A stretch of DNA of 64,000 nt, taken from positions 80,221 through 144,220 of the forward strand of contig JAPOHW010000006.1 in NCBI GenBank assembly GCA_029979265.1, read 5' to 3'. The translations under genes were made by a program, and so were the position numbers. The stretch comes from Actinomycetota bacterium (GTDB lineage: Bacteria; Actinomycetota; Acidimicrobiia; Acidimicrobiales; Aldehydirespiratoraceae). Numbering within the stretch: position 1 is the first letter of the stretch; each line of letters starts with the position of its first letter. Positions 45,226 through 54,377 of this stretch are shown one piece after another. Under the pieces are notes generated by a model that worked only from the letters and a program-made list of their open reading frames with translations, did not search any database and was not told where the DNA came from.

Positions 45226-46508
45226 GTTCGTACCTGCGCTGTCTCACGGGCGATATCGGAGCGATGCTGCATGCCCTCGAACTCGATCACGGCGATGCCC
45301 GCATGGGCCGCCTCGGCGGCCTCCGCGAGCGTCGGTTTCATTGCAGTCACAGCGAGCACTCGACCACCGCTGGCGTGGATGGCGCCGTCGCGCAGCTCGG
45401 TCCCGGCATGGAACACGATGCATTCATCGGGCACGTCCTCGAGGCCGCTGATCGGTGCCGGTGGAGAACTCGACGTTGGGTACCCGCCAGATGCCGACAC
45501 GACGGTGACAGCCGCCTGATCGGCCCACTCGACATCAAGGGATCCGAGCCGGCCCTCCACACACGCCATGAAGACGTCGTAGAGATCAGTTTCGAGGAGT
45601 GGAATCACGACTTGGGTTTCGGGATCCCCGAAACGGCAGTTGAACTCGATCACCTTCGGCCCTGCGTCGGTGAGCATCAATCCGGCGTAGAGGACACCCG
45701 TGTACGGCCGCCCTTGTGCAGCTAAACCGGCAAGGGTCGGCTCGATCACTCGGTGCGCCACCGTTTCGAGGAGAGCAGCGTCGGCGATGGGCGACGGGTG
45801 AAAGGCGCCCATGCCACCGGTGTTGGGGCCCAGATCCCCGACCAAGAGACGCTTGTGGTCTTGGGCGGCAGGCATGACGGCGTAGTCGGTGCCATCGCAG
45901 AATGCGAGCACAGACACCTCGGTGCCGGTGAGCCGTTCCTCGAGCAGGACCTCGCGTCCAGCTCGGCCGAACCGGCCGTCGATCAGGATCCCACGAATGG
46001 CTTCGGCTGCTTCGGTGCGGGTCTCGGCGACGATCACACCCTTTCCGGCCGCAAGTCCATCGGCCTTCACGACCGGCACGTGGTCGAGCGAGTCGAGGTA
46101 CGCGAGTGCCTGCTCGGCATCGGTGAACGAGACCGCAGCGCCCGTCGGAATGTCGTGGGCAAGGAGAAACTCTTTGCAGTGCGACTTCGACCCCTCGAGG
46201 CGTGCGGCTGCCGCAGAGGGTCCGAATGCTGCGAAACCGGCCTCGCGCAGGCGGTCGACCAGCCCTGCCACCAGCGGATCCTCCGGGCCGACGACCACGA
46301 GCGAGACCTGTTCGCGCTCGGCCAGGGCGACAACGCCATCGATGTCTGATGCCGACGTGTCCGAAGCACAGAGACAGCCGGGTTCCCCCGCCATTCCAGG
46401 GTTGCCGGGGGCTGCAATCACCTGATCGACGCGCGTGGAGCGCAGCAGACCCCACACGAGTGCGTGCTCGCGTCCCCCACTCCCGACCACCAGAATCCGT
46501 TCGCCCAT
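45222..46508 (-). CDS. purD: Phosphoribosylamine--glycine ligase
   Basis: ILVVGSGGREHAL...VVKADGLAAGKGV...GPNTGGMGA...VIEFNCRFGDPE fits PurD. ATG 46508 overlaps the purF stop by 1 nt. Confidence 0.95.
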   Translation of the reverse strand: MGERILVVGSGGREHALVWGLLRSTRVDQVIAAPGNPGMAGEPGCLCASDTSASDIDGVVALAEREQVSLVVVGPEDPLVAGLVDRLREAGFAAFGPSAAAARLEGSKSHCKEFLLAHDIPTGAAVSFTDAEQALAYLDSLDHVPVVKADGLAAGKGVIVAETRTEAAEAIRGILIDGRFGRAGREVLLEERLTGTEVSVLAFCDGTDYAVMPAAQDHKRLLVGDLGPNTGGMGAFHPSPIADAALLETVAHRVIEPTLAGLAAQGRPYTGVLYAGLMLTDAGPKVIEFNCRFGDPETQVVIPLLETDLYDVFMACVEGRLGSLDVEWADQAAVTVVSASGGYPTSSSPPAPISGLEDVPDECIVFHAGTELRDGAIHASGGRVLAVTAMKPTLAEAAEAAHAGIAVIEFEGMQHRSDIARETAQVRT

Positions 46509-47935
46509 CAGTCGCCCCACACGTTTGCGAACTGCTCTTTGGGATTGAGGGTCAGTTGCACGAACCGCTCGGATTCGAACGGATACTCACCGGTGAAACA
46601 GGCGTTGCAAAACCCGGCGTCGGCCTCGAGGCCCCGCATCATTGCTTCGATCGACAGGAAGGCGAGCGAGTCGGCGCCGATGTGCTCACAGATCTGATCA
46701 ACACTTTGATTGCCGGCGATCAGTTCGTCACGGCTCGCCATGTCGACCCCCATGTAGCAGGGATCGGTGATCGCCGGACAGGCAACGCGCACGTGCACCT
46801 CGGTCGCTCCTGCGTCGCGCAGCATCTGCACCAGGGGGCCTGACGTGGTGCCCCGAACGATCGAGTCGTCCACCATGACAACTCGTTTGCCGAGCAGGTT
46901 GTCGCCGAGTGGGTTGAACTTCATGCGAACGCCGGTCTCTCGCAACCGTTGTGTCGGCTCGATGAAGGTGCGGCCGACGTATCGGTTCTTGATGAGACCC
47001 TCGGTGTAAGGAATCCCTGACTCTTGCGCGAATCCCACGGCATGCGGTGTTCCCGAGTCCGGGACCGGAACGACGAGGTCGGCTTGGACCGGGGCCTCTC
47101 GTGCGAGTTCGCGTCCAAGGTTCTGACGGGTGCTATGCACCAACTTGCCATGGTGGATGGAGTCGGGACGGGAGAAATAGATCTCCTCGAACGTGCAGAA
47201 CGCTCGCTTCTTCGGAACCGCGCCCTGTTCGACGTGATACCCACCGTCGTCGAGTCGCACGATCTCCCCGGGTTGAACCTCGTGCACCAGTTCGGCGCCG
47301 ATCGCCGAAAACGCGCACGTCTCGGAGGCGAGCAGGTGGCCACCGTCGAATCGGCCGACCACAAGGGGACGGAATCCCCAAGGATCGCGGACGCCGTAGA
47401 CCGCATCGCGGGTGAGGATGGTGAGCGCAAACGCACCCTCGGCCTGCGCCATGAGCATCCTGATCCGATTGGACCAGTCCTCCCCACCGGCAGCGGTGAG
47501 CAGATGCACCATCACCTCGGTGTCCGATGATGTCTGGAGCCCCACGCCACGTTCGAGGAGTTGCCGACGAAGCAGGTTTGCGTTGACCAGGTTGCCATTG
47601 TGGGCAATGCCGAGTGGACCGTCGATCGTCTCGATCATGTAAGGCTGTGCGTTCCGCAGACCCGAGCCACCTGTGGTGCTGTACCGGGTGTGACCGATCG
47701 CAAAGTCGCCTCGCAGCGTCGACAGGTTCTCTTCGTTGAAGACCGCCGAGACGAGTCCTTGCCCCTTGTGAATGTGAGCGACACCCTCGTCGACCGAGGC
47801 AAGGCCGGCCGCTTCTTGACCTCGGTGCTGCAGCGTGTACAGCGCAAAGAAGCCGAGTCGGGCAGCATCCCGACCAGGAGCGTGAATGCCGATGACACCG
47901 CACTCCTCCTTGGGTCGGTCATCGGTCGGGTACAT
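46508..47935 (-). CDS. purF: Amidophosphoribosyltransferase
   Basis: It has the N-terminal EECGVIGI (Cys nucleophile), HRGQEAAG, and the PRT motif VVMVDDSIVRGTT. C-terminal cysteines are consistent with an Fe-S type PurF. Confidence 0.95.
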   Translation of the reverse strand: MYPTDDRPKEECGVIGIHAPGRDAARLGFFALYTLQHRGQEAAGLASVDEGVAHIHKGQGLVSAVFNEENLSTLRGDFAIGHTRYSTTGGSGLRNAQPYMIETIDGPLGIAHNGNLVNANLLRRQLLERGVGLQTSSDTEVMVHLLTAAGGEDWSNRIRMLMAQAEGAFALTILTRDAVYGVRDPWGFRPLVVGRFDGGHLLASETCAFSAIGAELVHEVQPGEIVRLDDGGYHVEQGAVPKKRAFCTFEEIYFSRPDSIHHGKLVHSTRQNLGRELAREAPVQADLVVPVPDSGTPHAVGFAQESGIPYTEGLIKNRYVGRTFIEPTQRLRETGVRMKFNPLGDNLLGKRVVMVDDSIVRGTTSGPLVQMLRDAGATEVHVRVACPAITDPCYMGVDMASRDELIAGNQSVDQICEHIGADSLAFLSIEAMMRGLEADAGFCNACFTGEYPFESERFVQLTLNPKEQFANVWGD

Positions 47936-47938
47936 GAA

Positions 47939-49081
47939 TCACCCTCCAGTGAGCGCGTCGCGCGCCTCGAGTACTCGTTGCAGTGCATGCGCCGGGTCGT
48001 CGCTCACACACGTGAGGTGCCCCATCTTTCGGCCCGGCCGAGCCTCACCCTTGCCATACAGGTGGAGGTGTACCCCGGGCTGACCCATGACGGCCGACCA
48101 ATCGGGTTCGCCGGACTCCCAGAGATCTCCGAGGAGCTGGGCCATCGCGGCAGGACGGCACGATCCGTCACCGAGCGGCATGCCGGTGACGGCCCGTAGT
48201 TGCTGCTCGAACTGCCCGGCCGACGCCGCTTCGATGGTGCAGTGACCGCTGTTGTGCGGTCGCGGGGCGATCTCGTTGACCACGATCCCGTCAGTGGTGT
48301 CGAACAACTCGACGCACATCACGCCGACGAGTCCGAGCCCTTCGGCGACCACTCGGGCAGTCGAGCGCGCGGCCTCGGCAGTGGCCTCGTCGACCATGGC
48401 CGGCACCACGGTGGTGTCGATGATGTGGTTGACGTGTGTGTTCTCCATTGCGCCGTGATCGACCATCGCGCCATCGATTCCACGAGCGATCACCACGCTG
48501 AGTTCTCGCTCGAACGAGATCACCGACTCGACCACGAGACGGGAGCCGCCGAGTGTCTGCCACGCCCCACCGATCGCTGCGGCGTCGTCGATACGGACCT
48601 GGCCCTTGCCGTCGTAGCCGAAGCGCGCTGTCTTGGCGATCACCGGCGCACCCAGCGTGTCGACTGCCGCCTTGAGTTCAACGCAGGTTGTCGCCGACCG
48701 CCAGGGCGCAACCGCCACGCCGAGATCGGTGAGAGCTCGCTTCTCGAGTTCCCGATCCTGAGCAACGGCAATGATCGACCCGGATGGCCGAACCGGCACA
48801 CCGGCTGCCTCAGCAGCATCGGCCAAGGCAGGATCGACGTTCTCGAACTCCCACGTGACCGCATCAACCGCTGCGAGAAACGCGGCAACCTCATCCGGAT
48901 CGTCGAAGTCTCCGGAGAACTCGCGATCGGCGAGCACACCGGCCGGCGAACCGGAGCCACCTCCGGTGAACACCGCCACGCCGTACCCATGCTGTCGGGC
49001 CGCCTGCGCGAGCATTCGGCCGAGTTGTCCACCTCCGACGATGCCGATCGTGGTTCCGGGACCGAGGGGTGCAGCAGGCAT
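47939..49081 (-). CDS. purK: N5-carboxyaminoimidazole ribonucleotide synthase
   Basis: I start it at ATG 49081 (MPAAPLGPGTTIGIVGGGQLGRML). It has ATP-grasp blocks and EIAPRPHNSGH. Confidence 0.9.
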   Translation of the reverse strand: MPAAPLGPGTTIGIVGGGQLGRMLAQAARQHGYGVAVFTGGGSGSPAGVLADREFSGDFDDPDEVAAFLAAVDAVTWEFENVDPALADAAEAAGVPVRPSGSIIAVAQDRELEKRALTDLGVAVAPWRSATTCVELKAAVDTLGAPVIAKTARFGYDGKGQVRIDDAAAIGGAWQTLGGSRLVVESVISFERELSVVIARGIDGAMVDHGAMENTHVNHIIDTTVVPAMVDEATAEAARSTARVVAEGLGLVGVMCVELFDTTDGIVVNEIAPRPHNSGHCTIEAASAGQFEQQLRAVTGMPLGDGSCRPAAMAQLLGDLWESGEPDWSAVMGQPGVHLHLYGKGEARPGRKMGHLTCVSDDPAHALQRVLEARDALTGG

Positions 49082-49085
49082 CGGA

Positions 49086-49577
49086 TCAGCGTTCGAGTTC
49101 GATCGATCGGACCTGCGCCGCTCGCTCGGCTCGGAAGTCACGAAGCGCTTGCGCGAGTACGCCGTCGTGTCGGGCGAGCATCGCAGCGACAAACAATCCG
49201 GCGTTGGTCGCCCCTGCGTCACCGATCGCCATGGTGGCAACCGGCACGCCACCGGGCATCTGGACGATCGACAGTAGGGAGTCCATCCCATTGAGCGACC
49301 GACTCTTGATCGGCACCCCGACGACCGGAAGGATCGTGTGGCCGGCAACCATGCCGGGGAGGTGAGCAGCGCCCCCGGCCCCCGCAATGATCGCCTCGAG
49401 TCCCCTGCCCTCTGCAGTACGTGCGTATTCGACCATCCAGTCGGGAGATCGATGGGCCGAAACGACGCGGGCCTCGTGTGCGATCCCGAACTGCGCAAGC
49501 ACATCAGCGGCGCGCGACATCGTGTCCCAGTCGGAGTCACTTCCCATGATCACGCCTACACGCGGATCGTCTGCCAC
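49086..49577 (-). CDS. purE: N5-carboxyaminoimidazole ribonucleotide mutase
   Basis: [11 protein letters not shown]...SAHRSP...[16 protein letters not shown]...PVVGVP fits PurE. I prefer GTG 49577, with GGAGGA 9 nt upstream. The longest ORF starts at ATG 49616. Confidence 0.9.
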   Translation of the reverse strand: MADDPRVGVIMGSDSDWDTMSRAADVLAQFGIAHEARVVSAHRSPDWMVEYARTAEGRGLEAIIAGAGGAAHLPGMVAGHTILPVVGVPIKSRSLNGMDSLLSIVQMPGGVPVATMAIGDAGATNAGLFVAAMLARHDGVLAQALRDFRAERAAQVRSIELER

Positions 49578-49670
49578 GGAACCCGTTCCTCCCCGGAAGC
49601 CCGCTCCAGTCTGCATCCTCGCGCAGTCGGTGAGGCGCGCGTTGGATACGAAGTTGCGCTGATTTTGGGG

Positions 49671-50648
49671 TCAGTCGACAACGGCGTGCAGGGCAGCGCT
49701 CACACGCTCGGCTACGGGATAGTCCCCCGGCTCGAAGATGCGACCGGTAAGCGCTGCGAACGTCTCCTGATACACACCGGCTGTCTGGCGTGAAAGTTGC
49801 TCGGGCAACGGCCACGGCTCGTCGCCTGTGGAAGGGTCGAACCCGGCCCGCACGTAGGCGAGCCGCACGAACTCCTTGTCGAGGTTCTCGGGCTCCTCTC
49901 CGGCGGCTCGTCGCTCGTCGACGGTCGAGGCCCGCCAAAAGCGAGATGAATCTGGCGTGTGCACTTCATCGATGATCGTGAGCGTGCCCTCGGCGTCGAG
50001 ACCGAACTCGTATTTGGTGTCGACGAGAACGAGACCGGCTGCGGCCGCCACCCGGCGCCCTCGCTCGAACACGCTCAGCGCGACCGATCGCACCTGGTCC
50101 CACAGCTCGACGTCGACGAGTCCCTGCGCGACGATCTCGGACTCGGTGATCGGCTCGTCGTGACCGCCCATCCCCGCTTTGGTGGTGGGGGTGATGACTG
50201 CCTCGGGCAGCGCATCGTTCTTGGACATGCCGTCGGGAAAGTCGATGCCATAGATGGTTCGTTGGCCTGCCGCATACGACGTCCACAGCGCGGTCGACGT
50301 CGAGCCGGACAGTTGGCCTCGAACGACGACTTCCACGGGCAAGGGCGTGCACTTCTTGCCGATCGTCACGTTCTCGTCGAGTATCTCGACCACATGCGAC
50401 GGCACGAGGTCGGCGATCTGGTCGAACCACCACGCCGCCAGCTCGTTGAGTACTTGGCCCCGGTACGGCACGGTCCCGAGCACATGGTCGAACGCCGAGA
50501 GGCGGTCGGTTGCGATCAATGCGATCGTGTCACCGAGATCGACGATGTCGCGTACCTTGCCGATGGTGAGCGGCCCGAGATCGGCAACAGCTGCGGGGCT
50601 CACGCCGGTGAACGGGTGCGCCAGCGCCGGTCCGAGATCGATGGTCAT
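49671..50648 (-). CDS. purC: Phosphoribosylaminoimidazole-succinocarboxamide synthase
   Basis: This is a long-type SAICAR synthetase (GKVRDI..., ATDRLSAFD, LVDTKYEFG, DEVHTPDSSRFW). ATG 50648 overlaps the purQ stop (ATGA). Confidence 0.9.
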   Translation of the reverse strand: MTIDLGPALAHPFTGVSPAAVADLGPLTIGKVRDIVDLGDTIALIATDRLSAFDHVLGTVPYRGQVLNELAAWWFDQIADLVPSHVVEILDENVTIGKKCTPLPVEVVVRGQLSGSTSTALWTSYAAGQRTIYGIDFPDGMSKNDALPEAVITPTTKAGMGGHDEPITESEIVAQGLVDVELWDQVRSVALSVFERGRRVAAAAGLVLVDTKYEFGLDAEGTLTIIDEVHTPDSSRFWRASTVDERRAAGEEPENLDKEFVRLAYVRAGFDPSTGDEPWPLPEQLSRQTAGVYQETFAALTGRIFEPGDYPVAERVSAALHAVVD

Positions 50649-51433
50649 CTGGCGCCGGCGACGAACGCCTCGAACAACGGGAGTCCCGAGCCTCCCTCCG
50701 GACCGGAAGGACGCTGCCAATCGAAAACGTGATCCTCCGGATGCGGCATCAGCCCGACGATGGTGCCGCCGTCGTCACAGATCCCGGCGATGTCATTGAC
50801 CGAACCGTTCGGGTTGGCCGGGTAGACACCGCCGGCGAGGACCGGATCGTTCGAGATCGGACGAGGCCCATCGGCCAGGTACCGGAAGGCCACCAGCCCA
50901 TCCTCGAGGCGCGCAGCAGTGGACGGATCGGCGACTGCCACACGACCCTCACCGTGCGCCACCGGACACCGGATCGTCATACCGCCGATCGCCCCGAGCC
51001 AGCCACTTCGGCATGCGGACTCCACCCGGAGGGTCACCCAACGACACTCGAAGCGTCCCTCGGCGTTCTCGGTGAGCGTCACAGAACGTGGTTCGCCCAT
51101 CGGGCCGGGGAGCAGGCCTGCCTTCACCAGCACCTGAAAGCCGTTGCAGATGCCGAGCATCGGTTTTCCGTTCTCGGCAGCAAGGGCGAGTTCGTCGGAA
51201 AACCACGTACGCAGTTCGAGCGCGAGACGACCCCCCGCCCCCAGCGCATCGCCGTAGCTGAAACCACCCGGCAACAGCACGGATGCGTAATCGGCGATCC
51301 GCACCGCACCGCTGCGCAGCTCGTTGACATGCGCGATCCTCGGGTGACCACCGGCAAGTCGGATCGCTTGGGCCGCCTCCTCATCCCGGTTCGTGCCGGA
51401 GGCGTGCAGAATCAGCACCGGTGGCCGGCTCAC
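50645..51433 (-). CDS. purQ: FGAM synthase, glutamine amidotransferase subunit
   Basis: VLILHASGTNRDEE...LPGGFSYGD...GICNGFQVL...HGEG...MPHPE fits PurQ. Confidence 0.9.
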   Translation of the reverse strand: MSRPPVLILHASGTNRDEEAAQAIRLAGGHPRIAHVNELRSGAVRIADYASVLLPGGFSYGDALGAGGRLALELRTWFSDELALAAENGKPMLGICNGFQVLVKAGLLPGPMGEPRSVTLTENAEGRFECRWVTLRVESACRSGWLGAIGGMTIRCPVAHGEGRVAVADPSTAARLEDGLVAFRYLADGPRPISNDPVLAGGVYPANPNGSVNDIAGICDDGGTIVGLMPHPEDHVFDWQRPSGPEGGSGLPLFEAFVAGAR

Positions 51434-54234
51434 ACCACGACTCCGTTCGTGTTGGCGAGAACGGCAGCGTCGAGTGGCACGACCAGCTCGCCCAGGTGGA
51501 TGGAATCATCGGCGGTCACCGACCCGATTCGGCGGCCGTGCTCTCGGAGGATCGACGACACCACCGAGCGGTCTGCCGGACTGGCCGTCAGGACCAATCG
51601 ACCGGGTGCTTCGTTGATCAGCGCCGTGGCTGCATCGAGCCCATCAGCCGGTACATCGATGGCCACTCCCAGCCGCGCGGCGATCGCCATCTCGGCCACC
51701 GCAACCGCGAGGCCCCCGTCGGAGCAATCGTGGGCTGCCGAAACGAGACCTGCTGCGATGGCGGCGTGGACGGCGCGATAGCGCGGGAGAGGATCCACCA
51801 GTGGAGTCGGGACAGTCGTCGCGCCGAGATCGAAGGCTTCCGACGCCAGCGACCCACCCAGTGCCGCCTGGTGCTCACCGACGAACCAGACGTCGTCGTC
51901 GACCGCCATGCCGGCCGAGTCGATCGCACGGTGAAGGTCTGGGACGAGCCCGAGTGCCGAGATGAGCAGGGTGCCCGGGATCGCGTTCCCATCGAACTCG
52001 TTGAACAGGCTGTCCTTGCCGGAGATGAACGGCATCGCATAGCGGCGCGCACCTTCGGTGCATCCCTGCACGGCTCGGACCAGCGAGCCGAGCCGGTCAG
52101 GTTTGGTGGGGTCCCCCCAGCAGAAGTTGTCGAGCACGGCGACCTGGTCGGGATCGCCTCCGACGGCGACCAGGTTCCGGACCGCCTCGTCCATGGCGAG
52201 CAACGCCATGGCGTACGGGTCGTGATGTCCGACGGCCGGGCAGATGCCGTTGCTGAGCACGACCGCCTTGGTTCCCACCGTCCCGAGTGGCTTCAGCACA
52301 GCAGCATCGGCTGGTCCATCAGCCTCAGGACCGACGTAGGGGCGCACCACTGTCCCACCGCGCACCTCGTGGTCGTATCGGCGAATGATGTCCTCGTTGG
52401 AGGCGACGTTGGGATGAGCAAGCAGGCGGAGCACGTGCGACGCATCGAGCGGCGGCACCTCGATGTTGTTCGGTGCCGTGTCGGCCCAGACGGCGCGCAT
52501 CTCACGTCGGGGAATCCCATCGTGCAGAAAGTCCATCGGAAGGTCGACCACAGGAGTCTCGCCGTAGCGGACCACCAGACGCGCAGAGCCGGTGAACGTC
52601 CCGAGATCGGTGATCTCGACATCCCAGGCAGCGCACAGTGCTTCGAGGTCGGCGATGCTGCCCGGGGGCACTGCGATCACGATGCGTTCCTGCGCCTCGC
52701 TCAACCAGATCTCCCAGGGCTGGAGGCCGGGGTACTTGAGTGGCACGGCCGACAGGTCGACGTCGACACCCAACTTCTCGCCCATCTCACCGATCGATGA
52801 CGAGAAACCGCCGGCACCACAATCGGTTATGGCGTGATAGAGCTGGTCATCACGGGCCCGCGAGATGACCTCGATCAGCCCTTTCTCGGTGATCGGATCG
52901 CCGATCTGTACCGCAGATCCGACATGGTCGACCGTGGAAGCATCCATGCCCGCCGATGAAAAGGTCGCACCGTGGATGCCGTCGCGCCCCACCCGGCCAC
53001 CGAGAGAGATGATCCGATCGTCGACCTGTGGCTCGGTCGGGTGAGATCCGTGGGGGAGGATGCCGAGCGCACCGCAGTACACGAGAGGATTGGCTGTGTA
53101 GCCCTCGTCATACAGGACCGCGCCATTGACTGTGGGCAATCCGAGCTTGTTGCCGTAGTCGCCGATGCCCGCCACGACACCATCCCGAATCCGTCGAGGG
53201 TGCAGCACCCCCTCCGGCAAACGATCCTCGGGCAGGTCCGCCGGCCCGAAGCACAGCACGTCGGTACACGCAATCGGTCGGGCCGAGACACCGATGACGT
53301 CGCGAACCACGCCGCCCACCCCGGTGTTGGCGCCGCCAAATGGTTCGAGGGCCGACGGGTGATTGTGCGTCTCCACCTTGAACGCAAGGTCGAACTCGCC
53401 GTCGAATGCCACGATGCCGGCATCGTCGACGAACGCAGACCGAAGCCAGGGCGGGTCGAGTTCCTCGGTGACGGACCGGAGCGCAGCGAGCAGGCCGTCA
53501 TGGTGGGAGTGGGTGACAGTTCCGTCCGCTGCGGTGTGAGTGAGTTCGATCATGGCCCGAAACGTCTTGTGCACACAGTGCTCGGACCATGTCTGCGCGA
53601 GCGTCTCGAGTTCGGCGTCGCGGGGGTGTCGACCTTCGGCCGCAAAATGCTGCTGAATCGCCTCCATCTCGGTCAGATCGAGCGACAAGACCCGGTCGTG
53701 GCTGAGTCGAAGCAACTCGTCCCCCGACAGGCCCTCGAGCGGGACGGGTTCGACCCGCACGTCGGCTTCGGCCACCCCGGCGAACTCGGCCGGCAACTCG
53801 CCCTCGGTCCAGATCTCGATTGTGTCGTTCGCAAGCAAGCGCCGGGTGATGGTCGCAACATCGGCATCGGAAAGCTCGCCCAGAAGGTCATAGCGCCGGG
53901 CCGTCACGACTCGGATCTCGGGCAGTCCCATGTTTCGAGCAGCCTGCTCGAGCTCACGAGCGTCGGTATCGGTCGCGCCTGGCATCAACGCCACCTCGAC
54001 CGCGCGGCCTTCGTGGGGCGTGACACCGTCGACCACGCGCACATCGACGACCGGATCGACGAGCACCTGATCACACAGTTCGGTGAGCTGTTCGAGCGTC
54101 ACATCACCATCCACATGATGCACCCGGGTGACCCGGCACGCAGTGAGTGCACTCACCCCGACGAGCGGCGCATTCGCAACTACGTGGGCACCTCGGGGGT
54201 CATCGGGGGCGGTGACATCGATGCGCACGGTCAT
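51430..54234 (-). CDS. purL: FGAM synthase subunit PurL with an N-terminal tandem PurS-like extension (PurS-PurS-PurL fusion)
   Basis: The small-PurL core starts around WSEHCVHKTF, at residue ~216 instead of ~45-50. The preceding ~165 aa form two ~75-aa PurS-like repeats ending LVDPVVD and LLANDTIE. I start it at ATG 54234. Confidence 0.9.
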   Translation of the reverse strand: MTVRIDVTAPDDPRGAHVVANAPLVGVSALTACRVTRVHHVDGDVTLEQLTELCDQVLVDPVVDVRVVDGVTPHEGRAVEVALMPGATDTDARELEQAARNMGLPEIRVVTARRYDLLGELSDADVATITRRLLANDTIEIWTEGELPAEFAGVAEADVRVEPVPLEGLSGDELLRLSHDRVLSLDLTEMEAIQQHFAAEGRHPRDAELETLAQTWSEHCVHKTFRAMIELTHTAADGTVTHSHHDGLLAALRSVTEELDPPWLRSAFVDDAGIVAFDGEFDLAFKVETHNHPSALEPFGGANTGVGGVVRDVIGVSARPIACTDVLCFGPADLPEDRLPEGVLHPRRIRDGVVAGIGDYGNKLGLPTVNGAVLYDEGYTANPLVYCGALGILPHGSHPTEPQVDDRIISLGGRVGRDGIHGATFSSAGMDASTVDHVGSAVQIGDPITEKGLIEVISRARDDQLYHAITDCGAGGFSSSIGEMGEKLGVDVDLSAVPLKYPGLQPWEIWLSEAQERIVIAVPPGSIADLEALCAAWDVEITDLGTFTGSARLVVRYGETPVVDLPMDFLHDGIPRREMRAVWADTAPNNIEVPPLDASHVLRLLAHPNVASNEDIIRRYDHEVRGGTVVRPYVGPEADGPADAAVLKPLGTVGTKAVVLSNGICPAVGHHDPYAMALLAMDEAVRNLVAVGGDPDQVAVLDNFCWGDPTKPDRLGSLVRAVQGCTEGARRYAMPFISGKDSLFNEFDGNAIPGTLLISALGLVPDLHRAIDSAGMAVDDDVWFVGEHQAALGGSLASEAFDLGATTVPTPLVDPLPRYRAVHAAIAAGLVSAAHDCSDGGLAVAVAEMAIAARLGVAIDVPADGLDAATALINEAPGRLVLTASPADRSVVSSILREHGRRIGSVTADDSIHLGELVVPLDAAVLANTNGVVV

Positions 54235-54377
54235 TGCGTGGAACCTAGACCGAGGGATGCACGCGCGTGCGGCAATCGGAGACGTTCCCGCGCCCAACGC
54301 AACGGGGGTTTGGTTGTCGGCTTCAGGGCACGGAAGATCACGATGGGCCGGGCGATTTCTTGCCTACCGTTGTTCCC

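Noticed and set aside
47939-49540. 533-aa version of purK extending upstream over purE
   Set aside because: The extension overlaps purE in another frame and lacks ATP-grasp similarity. The ATG at 49081 gives the canonical MP...IGIVGGGQLGRM N-terminus, 4 nt after the purE stop.
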